Positions 44,307 through 52,994 of a stretch of DNA of 64,000 nt are shown here, in pieces. The DNA comes from Comamonadaceae bacterium. Lineage in GTDB: Bacteria > Pseudomonadota > Gammaproteobacteria > Burkholderiales > Burkholderiaceae_C. How positions within the stretch are numbered: position 1 is the first letter of the stretch; the number at the start of each line of letters is the position of its first letter. The translations under genes were made by a program, and so were the position numbers. The notes below the pieces were generated by a model. It worked only from the letters and a program-made list of their open reading frames with translations, was not told where the DNA came from and made no database searches. The stretch lies in contig CANFYZ010000004.1 of the NCBI GenBank assembly GCA_947451385.1, positions 9,525 to 73,524 on the forward strand. The letters run 5' to 3'.

Positions 44307-44699
44307 ATGAAAACCGTGATCCGTACTTTTTTCAGAACCCTGCGCGTGGTGCTGGGCCCGTTCATGCTGTTGAAAGAGCGTCTGACCCGACCCGTCGGCG
44401 TACAGCGTGCGCCAGCCGAGCAGGCCACTGTCAATTTGCAGTGTCAAAGCCTGACGCTGTACCAGTTCAGCACCTGCCCTTTTTGTATCAAGGTGCGGCA
44501 AGAAATGCACCGTCTTTCTTTGCCCATTGAAAAACGTGACGCACAACACCACATCGCCCACCGCGATGAACTGCTGCAAGGCAGCGGCGGCACGAAAGTC
44601 CCCTGCCTGAAAATCACCGACAGCCAGGGCCAAACCCAATGGCTGCAAGACTCGAACGCCATCGTGGCCTATCTTCAGGCGCGCTTTGCAGCCCCCTGA
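44307..44699 (+). CDS. glutaredoxin-family protein
   Basis: 130 aa. N-terminal hydrophobic segment, then the thioredoxin-fold CPFC active site (LYQFSTCPFCIKVR). Confidence 0.7.
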   Translation: MKTVIRTFFRTLRVVLGPFMLLKERLTRPVGVQRAPAEQATVNLQCQSLTLYQFSTCPFCIKVRQEMHRLSLPIEKRDAQHHIAHRDELLQGSGGTKVPCLKITDSQGQTQWLQDSNAIVAYLQARFAAP

Positions 44700-44711
44700 A
44701 ACGTCCAAGGT

Positions 44712-45359
44712 TTGATGGACATCAAACAATGCGGTTGTCCGCGGCCTCAAGCCCCGATGTTCGGCTCACACAATGGCGTTCTTTGGGGGACACATCACTT
44801 GAGCACGGCACGCAAACACTACGACACCTTGAGCCGAAGCCTGCACTGGCTCACCGCCATCGCGGTGGTCGCGGCTTTCATCCTCGGGCCAGAGCATTTT
44901 GGACGCGAACTGCGCCAAGGCTTGGATCCGGCCACGCGTTGGGACATCGTGACGCACGAGTCGCTGGGCCTGCTGGTGGCAGGGCTGACTTTGCTGCGCC
45001 TGCTTTGGCGGGTGGTGCGCCCCGCCGCGCCCCGTTTTGACATGCCGCGCTGGATGCACCTGGCCGCCCAAGCGACGCACGGTGTGCTCTGGCTGCTGCT
45101 GTTGGCTGTGCCTGTGACCGCAATGCTGGCCCTGGGGACAGAGAACCACCCGCTGACCTTGCTGGGCGGCATCCGCGTCAACACGTTGCCCGTCACCCCC
45201 CAATCCCCGATCGCCGATCTGGCCAACTGGGGCGAAGTGCACGGTGTGCTCGGCGACATGATTCTCTGGCTGGCTGGCCTGCACGCGGTGGCGGCCATCT
45301 ACCACCACGTCTTGCTCAAAGACGGCGTGCTGCGGTCCATGCTGTCGCCACGCCGCTGA
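44712..45359 (+). CDS. cytochrome b561 family protein
   Basis: Four TM helices with conserved His residues (LSRSLHWLT...). The start is uncertain; the internal Met at 44757 is a plausible alternative. Confidence 0.7.
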   Translation: MMDIKQCGCPRPQAPMFGSHNGVLWGTHHLSTARKHYDTLSRSLHWLTAIAVVAAFILGPEHFGRELRQGLDPATRWDIVTHESLGLLVAGLTLLRLLWRVVRPAAPRFDMPRWMHLAAQATHGVLWLLLLAVPVTAMLALGTENHPLTLLGGIRVNTLPVTPQSPIADLANWGEVHGVLGDMILWLAGLHAVAAIYHHVLLKDGVLRSMLSPRR

Positions 45360-45404
45360 GCGATCTGCAGGCGATACCGTCAGGCCTTGACCAAACGAAT
45401 TGAC

Positions 45405-45818
45405 TCACTGCGCAGCCTGAACCACCGTCAACAAGGTTTGGCCATTGGCCACCAATTTTTCTTCGCCTGCGTCCACGGCAAACAAATCACAGCTTGTGAA
45501 AATTTGCGTCTTGCCGGGTTTGACCACGCGTGCCCGGGCGATGAATTTTTGCCCTTGCGCAGGCCGCAGGCAATTCACTGAGAAATTCGCCGCCAACAGA
45601 TTGGGACCGGCCACCGTGCCCGCGGCAAAACCGCAGGCGGTGTCGATCAAGGTGCCAATCAGCCCCGCGTGCAAAAAGCCCGCGTACTGCCCCACCTCCG
45701 GGCGCCACGGCATCTGAATTTCAACGCTGCCAGGATCGGCCACAGTGACTTCGATGCCGCACCACCGGTTGAATTCGGCCATGGCATTGATTTTTTGGAG
45801 CATTTGCAGTGCGTTCAT
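45405..45818 (-). CDS. PaaI-family (hotdog fold) thioesterase
   Basis: 137 aa with PaaI-like motifs (FNRWCGIE...GFLHAGLIGTLIDTACG). 4-nt overlap with the upstream MerR gene. Confidence 0.75.
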   Translation of the reverse strand: MNALQMLQKINAMAEFNRWCGIEVTVADPGSVEIQMPWRPEVGQYAGFLHAGLIGTLIDTACGFAAGTVAGPNLLAANFSVNCLRPAQGQKFIARARVVKPGKTQIFTSCDLFAVDAGEEKLVANGQTLLTVVQAAQ

Positions 45819-46174
45819 CGGGTCTTCCTTGGTTTGGACTGAAACCAGTCAATGTGGTTGAGCAACATGTTTCGAAGGGCTTTTTGCGCAGCGATGACTT
45901 GATCCACTTCCGCCACGCGTTGACGGATGGCCAGGATCATTTCCTCTGACGTGAGCTGGCCGGTTTTGAAGCGCGGCAAGTACTCGGCCACATGCGTCAG
46001 TGAGAAACCCATTTCTCTGGACATGGCGATGAAGATCACCTGACGCACCACGCTGTCGTCATAGACACGGTAGCCGTTGGCCTCCCGCTGGCTGGCAATC
46101 AGGCCCAAGGCTTCGTAGCGCCGCAAGCGATCAACCGACACCTGGGTCTTGGCAGAGAGTTCTGAAATGCGCAT
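45815..46174 (-). CDS. MerR family transcriptional regulator
   Basis: 119 aa with an N-terminal MerR HTH (MRISELSAKTQVSVDRLRRYEALGLI). Confidence 0.8.
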   Translation of the reverse strand: MRISELSAKTQVSVDRLRRYEALGLIASQREANGYRVYDDSVVRQVIFIAMSREMGFSLTHVAEYLPRFKTGQLTSEEMILAIRQRVAEVDQVIAAQKALRNMLLNHIDWFQSKPRKTR

Positions 46175-46315
46175 GGATTCAGTCTAGCAACCCTGGCGCA
46201 GCGCCAAGGTTGTACGCCTTGACGCGCGGGTGACAAACCCATGCCGCTGCTGCGCCCTAGGTGATACCGCCGCGCGCCGGGCTGGTGTACAAAACCCCAT
46301 CTTCAGGAGCGCCCG

Positions 46316-47497
46316 ATGTCACACACCCCCCACCCCGCATTGCCCCACGCCCAACCCGCTGATGTGGGTTTGTGCCCGCAGCGCACACAACGCCTGATGG
46401 ACGTGCTGCGCCGCGAGGTCGCCAGTGGGCGTTTGCCCGGCGCAGTGGCGCTGGTGGCGCGACACGGTCAAGTGGCCTTGTTCGACAGCGTGGGGGTGCA
46501 AGACCCGGCCAGTGGCACACCCATGCGGTCCGACAGCATTTTCCGGATTTACTCCATGACCAAACCGGTGGTTTCGGTCGCGGTGATGATGCTCATGGAG
46601 CGGGGACAGTTGCTGCTGAGCGACCCGGTGAGCCAGTACCTGCCGGAATACAACAACCAAGCTGTGCAGTCGGCCCAAGGTTTGGTGCCTGCGCAACAAC
46701 CCGCCACGGTGCAAGACCTGTTGCGCCACACGGCGGGGCTGACCTATGAGTTTTTAGGCGACTCCCCGGTGCAGCGCCAATATGGTGAGGTGAAAATCGC
46801 CTCGCGCGACCGCACCAATGCCGAGTTTTCGCAGGCTCTGGGGGCCATTCCGTTGCAATTCCAACCCGGTAGCACCTGGGCCTACAGCCGCGCCACCGAT
46901 GTGCTCGGGCGCTTGGTTGAAGTCATCAGCGGGCAGCGCTTGGGGCAGTTTTTGCAGCAAGAAATCTTTGCCCCGCTGGGCATGGTGGACACAGGCTTTG
47001 TCGTCCCGCCCGAGCAGCACCACCGTCTTGCCGAGCCCTTTGCAAAAGACCCGGATGGCGGCGTGCTCATGAAAGTGCTGGACCCGAAACAAACGCCTGC
47101 CATGGAGGCCGGCGGCGGCGGACTGATGTCGACCACGCTGGACTACGCCCGGTTTTTGCAGTTCTTGCGCAACAAGGGCGAGCTCCATGGTGTGCGGCTT
47201 TTGGGCCCGCACACGGTGGACTTCATGACCGCCGACCACCTGGGTGACATTCCGGTCAACGGCACCCTGCTGCCGCCCGGACACGGCTTTGGTCTGGGCT
47301 TTGCCGTGCGCACCGCACCCGGCATCGCTACCGTGCCGGGTTCGATGGGGCTGTATTACTGGGGCGGCATTGCCGGCACCACCTTCTTTGTGGACCCGGC
47401 GCTGGACCTGTATGCCATTTTGATGATCCAAGCACCGAACCAACGCGACTACTACCGCCCGCTGTTTCGCGACTTGGTGTACGCAGCGCTGCTCTGA
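46316..47497 (+). CDS. serine hydrolase (beta-lactamase/class C-like family)
   Basis: 393 aa with the S-x-x-K motif (IYSMTKPV) and general AmpC/esterase-like sequence. Confidence 0.8.
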   Translation: MSHTPHPALPHAQPADVGLCPQRTQRLMDVLRREVASGRLPGAVALVARHGQVALFDSVGVQDPASGTPMRSDSIFRIYSMTKPVVSVAVMMLMERGQLLLSDPVSQYLPEYNNQAVQSAQGLVPAQQPATVQDLLRHTAGLTYEFLGDSPVQRQYGEVKIASRDRTNAEFSQALGAIPLQFQPGSTWAYSRATDVLGRLVEVISGQRLGQFLQQEIFAPLGMVDTGFVVPPEQHHRLAEPFAKDPDGGVLMKVLDPKQTPAMEAGGGGLMSTTLDYARFLQFLRNKGELHGVRLLGPHTVDFMTADHLGDIPVNGTLLPPGHGFGLGFAVRTAPGIATVPGSMGLYYWGGIAGTTFFVDPALDLYAILMIQAPNQRDYYRPLFRDLVYAALL

Positions 47498-47504
47498 AGA
47501 AGCC

Positions 47505-48269
47505 TCAGCGCAAAGCCTTGGCCCGCGCAGCGCGTGACTCGGGGCTGGAGGCGGCCAAGGCGATTTGGTCGTGCGCCATGTACGAGGTGGCGTGGTTCAA
47601 GGCGGTGGCGGCGGCATTGGCCGACTCTTTGCTCATGCGCACGGTAGCCGCAGGCATGGCCAGGGTTTGCGCCGCCAGCGCTTGCGCTTGTTCCAGCGCC
47701 TGACCTTTGCCACTGACGTAGTCCACCAGGCCCATGGCCAAGGCCTCGGACGCGGCAATCCGCTCGCACAAAATCGTCAGTCGCTTGGCTTTGGCGGGGC
47801 CGAGCAGGTTCACCAAACGGGCAATCGTGCCCCAGGTCAGTGGAATGCCCAAAGCAATTTCGGGCAGCGAGACAAAGGCGTCTTCAGCCAACACGCGCCA
47901 GTCGCAGGCCAGCGACAGGGCCAGCCCCCCGCCGACCGCATAGCCTTCGATGGCGGCGATGGTGATCTGCGGCATTTCTTCCCAGGCCTTGCACATCCGA
48001 AAGCCGGTGCCCGCAATGTCGCGCCGCTGCACGGTGGACAGGCTGTCGTCGGCCCAGGCGTTGGCATCCTTCAAATCCGCGCCCGCAGAAAAACAGCGCG
48101 CATCGCCGGTGAGGATGACGACATCGATGTCGGTGCGGTCGCTGAAAGCCCGGGCGCAGGCGGTGATCTCGCGCATCAAGGCGCGTGACAAAGCATGCCG
48201 CGCATGGGGCCGGTTCAAATGGATTTCGGCCAAGCGGCCGCTCTCTTTGACGATCACATGTTCGTACAT
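47505..48269 (-). CDS. enoyl-CoA hydratase/isomerase family protein
   Basis: Trimmed to the ATG at 48267-48269 (MYEHVIVKESGRLAEIHLNRP). Crotonase-like core (AAIEGYAVGGGLALSLACD). Confidence 0.8.
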   Translation of the reverse strand: MYEHVIVKESGRLAEIHLNRPHARHALSRALMREITACARAFSDRTDIDVVILTGDARCFSAGADLKDANAWADDSLSTVQRRDIAGTGFRMCKAWEEMPQITIAAIEGYAVGGGLALSLACDWRVLAEDAFVSLPEIALGIPLTWGTIARLVNLLGPAKAKRLTILCERIAASEALAMGLVDYVSGKGQALEQAQALAAQTLAMPAATVRMSKESANAAATALNHATSYMAHDQIALAASSPESRAARAKALR

Positions 48270-48280
48270 GCCCAGTCCTT

Positions 48281-49126
48281 TCAAACTGCGGGTTTGGCCG
48301 CCTGCAATTGATCGCGCGTATGTAACGCCACCTGGCGTGCGGCGGCTTCAAAGTCATCACCGCTCGACGCGTACAGCACCGCGCGAGAGGAGTTGACGAT
48401 CACGGTGCCGGTGCTCTCGCCGTCCTGGCCGCGCCAACCGGCTTTGACCGTGGCCGCGGCGTCGCCGCCTTGTGCGCCCACGCCAGGAATCAAGAGCGGC
48501 AGCGTGGGCGCCAACGCACGCACCCGCTCGATCTCGGCCGGGTAAGTCGCACCCACCACCAAGCCAAGTTGGCCGTTCAGATTCCACGGGCCCTGGGCCA
48601 GGCGCGCCACATGCTCATACAGCAAGGGCTGGCCCTCGACCGAGGCCAGGCGTTGGTTTTGCAAATCATCGCCACCAGGGTTGGAGGTGCGGCACAGCAA
48701 GAAAGCGCCCTTGCCGTGGTATTTCAAATAAGGCGCCACCGAGTCCCAGCCCATGAAGGGCGAGAGGGTCACGGCATCGGCCCCATAGCGCTCGAACGCT
48801 TCTTTGGCGTACTGCTCGGCGGTGGAGCCGATGTCGCCGCGCTTGGCATCCAGAATGATCGGCACGTGCGGCGCGACCCGGCGCATGTGCTCCATCAGGC
48901 GCTCCAGCTGGCCTTCGGCACGGTGCGCGGCAAAGTAGGCGATTTGCGGCTTGTAGCTGCTGACCAGATCGGCCGTGGCGTCGACGATGCGGGCACAAAA
49001 ATCGTAGATCTTGTTGGCGTCGCCCTTCAACCCCGCCGGGAACTTGGTGGGCTCGGGGTCCAGGCCCACGCACAACAGGGAGCCGTTTTGGCGCTCGGCG
49101 GCGCTCAGCATGTCAAGAAAGGTCAT
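48281..49126 (-). CDS. pyrF: orotidine 5'-phosphate decarboxylase (type 2)
   Basis: 281 aa with ATG at 49124-49126. Type 2 PyrF motifs ([21 protein letters not shown]). Confidence 0.85.
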   Translation of the reverse strand: MTFLDMLSAAERQNGSLLCVGLDPEPTKFPAGLKGDANKIYDFCARIVDATADLVSSYKPQIAYFAAHRAEGQLERLMEHMRRVAPHVPIILDAKRGDIGSTAEQYAKEAFERYGADAVTLSPFMGWDSVAPYLKYHGKGAFLLCRTSNPGGDDLQNQRLASVEGQPLLYEHVARLAQGPWNLNGQLGLVVGATYPAEIERVRALAPTLPLLIPGVGAQGGDAAATVKAGWRGQDGESTGTVIVNSSRAVLYASSGDDFEAAARQVALHTRDQLQAAKPAV

Positions 49127-49160
49127 GAGGGGATTTTAGTGATCCTGGCAAGCCAACCCT

Positions 49161-49192
49161 GAAAGACGAAAGGCCGCATGTAGCGGCCTTTC
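49161..49192 (-). terminator. rho-independent terminator of the predicted tracrRNA
   Basis: Perfect 10-bp stem (49168-49177 and 49183-49192) with a 5-nt loop, followed on the minus strand by GTCTTTC. Lies 35-40 nt upstream of the pyrF start. Confidence 0.6.
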
Positions 49193-49266
49193 CATTTGGT
49201 GCATCCAGACTTTTGCAAGTCATCTGCTTGTTAGCGTCCAGAGCGCATTTCCCAATCGAATATGCG
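49161..49266 (-). ncRNA. tracrRNA: predicted tracrRNA of the type II-C system
   Basis: Plus strand 49239-49259 (CAGAGCGCATTTCCCAATCGA) is the exact reverse complement of 21 nt of the CRISPR repeat. Flanking GTT and GT matches (49230-49238) extend the pairing, with a 3-nt internal loop and a 1-nt bulge. Read on the minus strand, the anti-repeat is followed by a GACUU-GCAA-AAGUC hairpin (49208-49221). Next comes a 10-bp GC-rich hairpin GAAAGGCCGC-UACAU-GCGGCCUUUC (49168-49192) plus GUCUUUC. An extended -10 lies just upstream. The 5' and 3' ends are estimates. Confidence 0.7.
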
Positions 49267-49271
49267 TCTTA

Positions 49272-49280
49272 AATGTAGCA
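49272..49280 (-). promoter_or_regulatory. extended -10 element (TGCTACATT) for the tracrRNA, in an AT-rich divergent promoter region
   Basis: The minus strand reads TGcTACATT at 49280-49272. The surrounding 49261-49320 has only 15 G/C in 60 nt, in an otherwise G+C-rich window, and separates the tracrRNA from cas9. Confidence 0.45.
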
Positions 49281-49321
49281 CAATAAATGTTAATTTATTT
49301 AATATTAAATACGGGTGATCT

Positions 49322-52300
49322 ATGCAAAAGATGCGCTACCGCCTGGCGCTGGACCTGGGCTCCACCTCTCTGGGCTGGGCCCTGCTGCGGCTGAATGCAC
49401 AAGACGAGCCCTGCGCCGTCATCAAGGCCGGGGTGAGGATATTCAGCGATGGGCGCAATCCTAAAGACGGCTCATCTCTGGCCGTCAGCCGCCGCGAAGC
49501 ACGCGCCATGCGCCGTCGCCGTGACCGCCTGCTGAAGAGAAAGGGCCGCATGATGAAGACGCTTTTGGGGCACGGCTTTTTCCCACAAGACCTGGCAGCC
49601 CGCAAAGCCCTTGAGCGACTGGAGCCTCTTGCATTGCGTGCCAAAGGACTGGACCAGGCCCTGCAGCCCGCTGAATTTGCCCGCGCCTTATTTCACATCA
49701 ACCAACGTCGTGGCTTCAAAAGCAATCGCAAAACCGACAAGAAAGAAAACGACAGCAGCGCGCTTAAAAATGCCATCGGCCAGCTGCGCGAGGCCATGCA
49801 GGCCACAGGCTGCCGCACGGTGGGCGAATGGCTTTATGCCCGCCATCAAAACGGCTTGCCCATCCGGGCCCGCTACCGCGAAAATCGCACCACGCGAGAC
49901 GATGGCAAAACCAAAATCGAAAAGAGCTACGACCTCTACATCGACCGGGCCATGATTGAAGCCGAGTTCGATGCCCTGTGGAACAAACAGGCCGAACTCA
50001 ACCCTGTGCAATTTCACGAAATTGCCCGTGCCGAGCTCAAAGACTGTTTGCTGCACCAGCGCCCGCTCAAACCCGTGAAGCCGGGCCGTTGCACCCTCCT
50101 GCCTGAAGAAGAGCGCGCCCCACTGGCGCTGCCCAGCCAGCAGCGGTTTCGCATCTATCAAGAGGTCAATAACCTGCGTCTGATTCGTGAAGGTCTGACT
50201 GAGGAACCCCTCACACCAAGCCAACGTGACCAGGTGGTGCAGGCCCTTGAAACCAAGAACAAAGTCACTTTCACCCAGATCAAAAAGCTGTTGGGGTTTT
50301 CAGGTCAATTCAACCTCGAAGACGACAAACGCACCGAACTCAAAGGCAACGCCACCAGCGGCATCTTGAGCAAGAAAGAGCACTATGGGACCGCTTGGGC
50401 GGGCATGGACAAGCCTCTTCAAGACCGCATCGTCATGCAACTGCTCATTGAAGAAAACGAGGCCACACTCATTCAATGGTTGAAGGCCCACACGGACGTG
50501 GACGAGATCACCGCCGAGCGCATCGCCAACGCCGCACTGCCTGAGGGATACGGCAGCCTGTCGGCCAGGGCGCTCGAAAGAATCCTGCCTGAGTTACAAC
50601 GTGAAGTCATCACCTACGACAAAGCCGTGATCGCCGCAGGCTTTGACCACCACAGCCACATCAGCCACGCGGTCACTGGCGAAATACTGCCCGCCCTGCC
50701 CTATTACGGCGAATACCTGCAGCGCCATGTGGGCTTTGGCAGCGGCAAGCCTGAAGACCCATCCGAAAAGCGCTTCGGCAAGATCGCCAACCCCACCGTG
50801 CACATCGGCCTCAACCAGGTTCGCACCGTGGTCAATGCGCTCATCAAACGCTACGGCCACCCCAGTGAAGTGATTGTGGAAGTCGCTCGCGATCTCAAGC
50901 AAAGCCAGGAACAACGCAAAGAAGATCAAAAGCGCCAAGCCGACAACCAGCGCCGCAACGAACGCATGCGCGAGCAAATCGCTGGACTGTTGAACATCAG
51001 CCCAGAGCGGGTCAGAACTACCGACCTGCAAAAAATGATCCTCTGGGAAGAACTGCACCGCGACAACGCCGCCGACCGCCGCTGCCCCTACAGCGGCGTG
51101 CAAATCAGTGCGTCCATGCTGTTTTCAGACCAGGTGGAAATCGAGCACATCCTGCCGTTTTCAAAGACCCTGGACGACAGCCTGAACAACAAGACCGTCG
51201 CCATGCGCCAGGCCAACCGCATCAAAGGCGACCGCACCCCTTGGCAGGCCAAAGACGACTTTGCGGCCCAAGGCTGGACCCTAGCCGACATGCTGACCCG
51301 TGCCGAACTGATGCCCAAAAACAAACGCTACCGCTTTGGCGAAAACGGTTATGCCCAATGGCTGCGCGAAGACAAAGGGTTTTTGGCACGGGCACTCAAC
51401 GACACCCGCCATCTGAGCCGTGTGGCCAAGGAATACCTCAGCCTGATCTGCCCGCAAAACACCCGCGCCATTCCCGGGCAGATGACGGCCATGCTGCGTG
51501 CCAAATTTGGCCTCAACGACATCCTGGGCCTCGACGGCGAGAAAAACCGCAACGACCACCGCCACCACGCGGTGGATGCGTGTGTGATCGCCGTGACCGA
51601 CCAAGGCATGCTGCAGCGCTTTGCCAGCGCCAGTGCCAGCGCCCGCGAGCGCCAACTCAACAAACTGGTTGAGACCATGCCTCTGCCATGGGACAGCTAC
51701 CGCGAGCATGTGCAACGGGCCATCCACAACATCTGCGTCAGCCACAAACCCGACCACGGGCACGAAGGGGCCATGCACAACGACACGGCTTACGGCCTGC
51801 TGGGTAACGACCGGGTGCATGTGCGCAAAGTGGTTGACGGTCAGCGCGTGCGCGAAGAAAGCACGCTCAAGGTGATCCCCTTCAGCGACACCAAAGCCAC
51901 TGCCCGCCATGGCCTGCTGCCCGATGGGCAGCCTCGCCCCTACAAAGGCTACAAGGGCGACAGCAACTACTGCATCGAGATCGTGCGTAACGACAAAGGC
52001 AAATGGGAGGGCGAGGTCATTTCCACCTTCGAGGCCTATCAGTTGGTGCGCCAGGGCGGGGTCAAGCGCCTGCGCCACCCCACGCTCAGCTGCAGTGGCA
52101 AGGCGTTGGTAATGCGGTTGATGATTGATGACCTGGTCAAACTCCAATTAAACGATGACCGCCTCATGGTGGGACGCATTGCCACGATCAGCGGTAACGG
52201 TCAAATCTTCATGGCTGCGCACAACGAAGCCAATGTGGATTCACGCAACAGGGACAAAAATGATCCATTTGGATATGTCTCGAAGATGGCAGGTTCGCTA

Positions 52301-52372
52301 CAGAAGGCCCATGGTCGCAAAGTCAGCATCTCCCCCATCGGCGAGTTGCGCGACCCTGGATTCCGGGATTGA
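49322..52372 (+). CDS. cas9: type II-C CRISPR-associated endonuclease Cas9 (compact, 1016 aa)
   Basis: RuvC-I YRLALDLGSTSLGWA (Asp11 codon 49352-49354). Arg-rich bridge helix RREARAMRRRRDRLLKRKGR. RuvC-II VIVEVARD. HNH VEIEHILPFS..DDSLNNKTV..ANRIKGDRTP (His609 codon 51146-51148). RuvC-III NDHRHHAVDACV (Asp752 codon 51575-51577). cas1, cas2 and a 36-nt-repeat array follow, with no csn2 or cas4, so subtype II-C. Confidence 0.95.
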   Translation: MQKMRYRLALDLGSTSLGWALLRLNAQDEPCAVIKAGVRIFSDGRNPKDGSSLAVSRREARAMRRRRDRLLKRKGRMMKTLLGHGFFPQDLAARKALERLEPLALRAKGLDQALQPAEFARALFHINQRRGFKSNRKTDKKENDSSALKNAIGQLREAMQATGCRTVGEWLYARHQNGLPIRARYRENRTTRDDGKTKIEKSYDLYIDRAMIEAEFDALWNKQAELNPVQFHEIARAELKDCLLHQRPLKPVKPGRCTLLPEEERAPLALPSQQRFRIYQEVNNLRLIREGLTEEPLTPSQRDQVVQALETKNKVTFTQIKKLLGFSGQFNLEDDKRTELKGNATSGILSKKEHYGTAWAGMDKPLQDRIVMQLLIEENEATLIQWLKAHTDVDEITAERIANAALPEGYGSLSARALERILPELQREVITYDKAVIAAGFDHHSHISHAVTGEILPALPYYGEYLQRHVGFGSGKPEDPSEKRFGKIANPTVHIGLNQVRTVVNALIKRYGHPSEVIVEVARDLKQSQEQRKEDQKRQADNQRRNERMREQIAGLLNISPERVRTTDLQKMILWEELHRDNAADRRCPYSGVQISASMLFSDQVEIEHILPFSKTLDDSLNNKTVAMRQANRIKGDRTPWQAKDDFAAQGWTLADMLTRAELMPKNKRYRFGENGYAQWLREDKGFLARALNDTRHLSRVAKEYLSLICPQNTRAIPGQMTAMLRAKFGLNDILGLDGEKNRNDHRHHAVDACVIAVTDQGMLQRFASASASARERQLNKLVETMPLPWDSYREHVQRAIHNICVSHKPDHGHEGAMHNDTAYGLLGNDRVHVRKVVDGQRVREESTLKVIPFSDTKATARHGLLPDGQPRPYKGYKGDSNYCIEIVRNDKGKWEGEVISTFEAYQLVRQGGVKRLRHPTLSCSGKALVMRLMIDDLVKLQLNDDRLMVGRIATISGNGQIFMAAHNEANVDSRNRDKNDPFGYVSKMAGSLQKAHGRKVSISPIGELRDPGFRD

Positions 52373-52388
52373 ACCCGGCAGTATCTAA

Positions 52389-52718
52389 ATGGATACAATC
52401 AAGCCATTCCAGCTTGAGCAAACCTCGGTCTTCGTCCGTTGGCTCAAGAGCCTCAAAGACTTGCAGGCCAGAGCGGCGATCGTGCTGCGGCTCAAGCAGG
52501 TGCAGGCAGGTCACCTGGGCGATGCCAAAAGCGTGGGCGCTGGCGTGTCAGAACTGCGCTGGCATCTGGGGCCTGGCTACCGGGTGTACTTTTGCAGGCG
52601 CGGCCAGCACATCATCGTGTTGTTGGCCGGGGGTGACAAATCAACACAGGTGCGTGACATTGCACGCGCTAAACAACTGGCCAAGGAGCATGGGCATGGG
52701 CAAGACGACCGCATTTGA
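52389..52718 (+). CDS. RelE/ParE-superfamily toxin, HI1419 / phage Gp49-like 'addiction module killer protein'
   Basis: 109 aa. Sequence recalled as matching the TIGR02683/PF05973 family (GHLGDAKSVGAGVSELRWHLGPGYRVYFCRRGQHIIVLLAGGDKSTQVRDIARAKQLA). Toxin-first gene order as in HigBA. Starts 16 nt after the cas9 stop. Confidence 0.85.
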   Translation: MDTIKPFQLEQTSVFVRWLKSLKDLQARAAIVLRLKQVQAGHLGDAKSVGAGVSELRWHLGPGYRVYFCRRGQHIIVLLAGGDKSTQVRDIARAKQLAKEHGHGQDDRI

Positions 52719-52983
52719 TGCAGCAGACTACCTCGACAGCGAGGAAATGATTGCCGAATACCTGAACCAGGCGTTGGCCAGTGGCGACACCGACTTGCTG
52801 CTCGCCGCCATTGGCGATGTGGCCAGGGCCCGGGGCATGGCCCAAGTGGCACGCGACTCGGGGCTGGGACGCGAGAGCCTCTACAAAGCACTGACCGCCG
52901 GGGCCAAGCCCCGATTCGACACGGTGTACAAAGTGCTCCACGCTTTGGGGGTGCGCATACAGACCCAGCCCCTGGCCCACTGA
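52696..52983 (+). CDS. HI1420-type 'addiction module antidote protein' (HTH antitoxin)
   Basis: C-terminal part of track ORF 52369-52983. The ATG at 52696 lies 7 nt after AAGGAG (52683-52688); an alternative ATG is at 52690. The sequence FDAADYLDSEEMIAEYLNQAL...ARARGMAQVARDSGLGRESLYKAL...FDTVYKVLHALGVRI fits the TIGR02684-type family. Overlaps the toxin 3' end by 23 nt and ends 11 nt before cas1. Confidence 0.8.
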   Translation: MGKTTAFDAADYLDSEEMIAEYLNQALASGDTDLLLAAIGDVARARGMAQVARDSGLGRESLYKALTAGAKPRFDTVYKVLHALGVRIQTQPLAH

Positions 52984-52994
52984 CGGATCTGCAC

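Noticed and set aside
49230-49321. Plus-strand tracrRNA model (anti-repeat transcribed towards cas9)
   Set aside because: It would require plus-strand crRNAs. It has no terminator before cas9 and no downstream hairpins. The minus-strand reading has a promoter, a nexus-like hairpin and a terminator, and gives the usual GTT start to the repeat.
52369-52695. N-terminal two thirds of the 204-aa ORF 52369-52983
   Set aside because: It overlaps the well-supported toxin gene in another frame and is Cys/Ser/Arg-rich. Only the C-terminal 95 aa match the antidote family, and those have their own AAGGAG-ATG.
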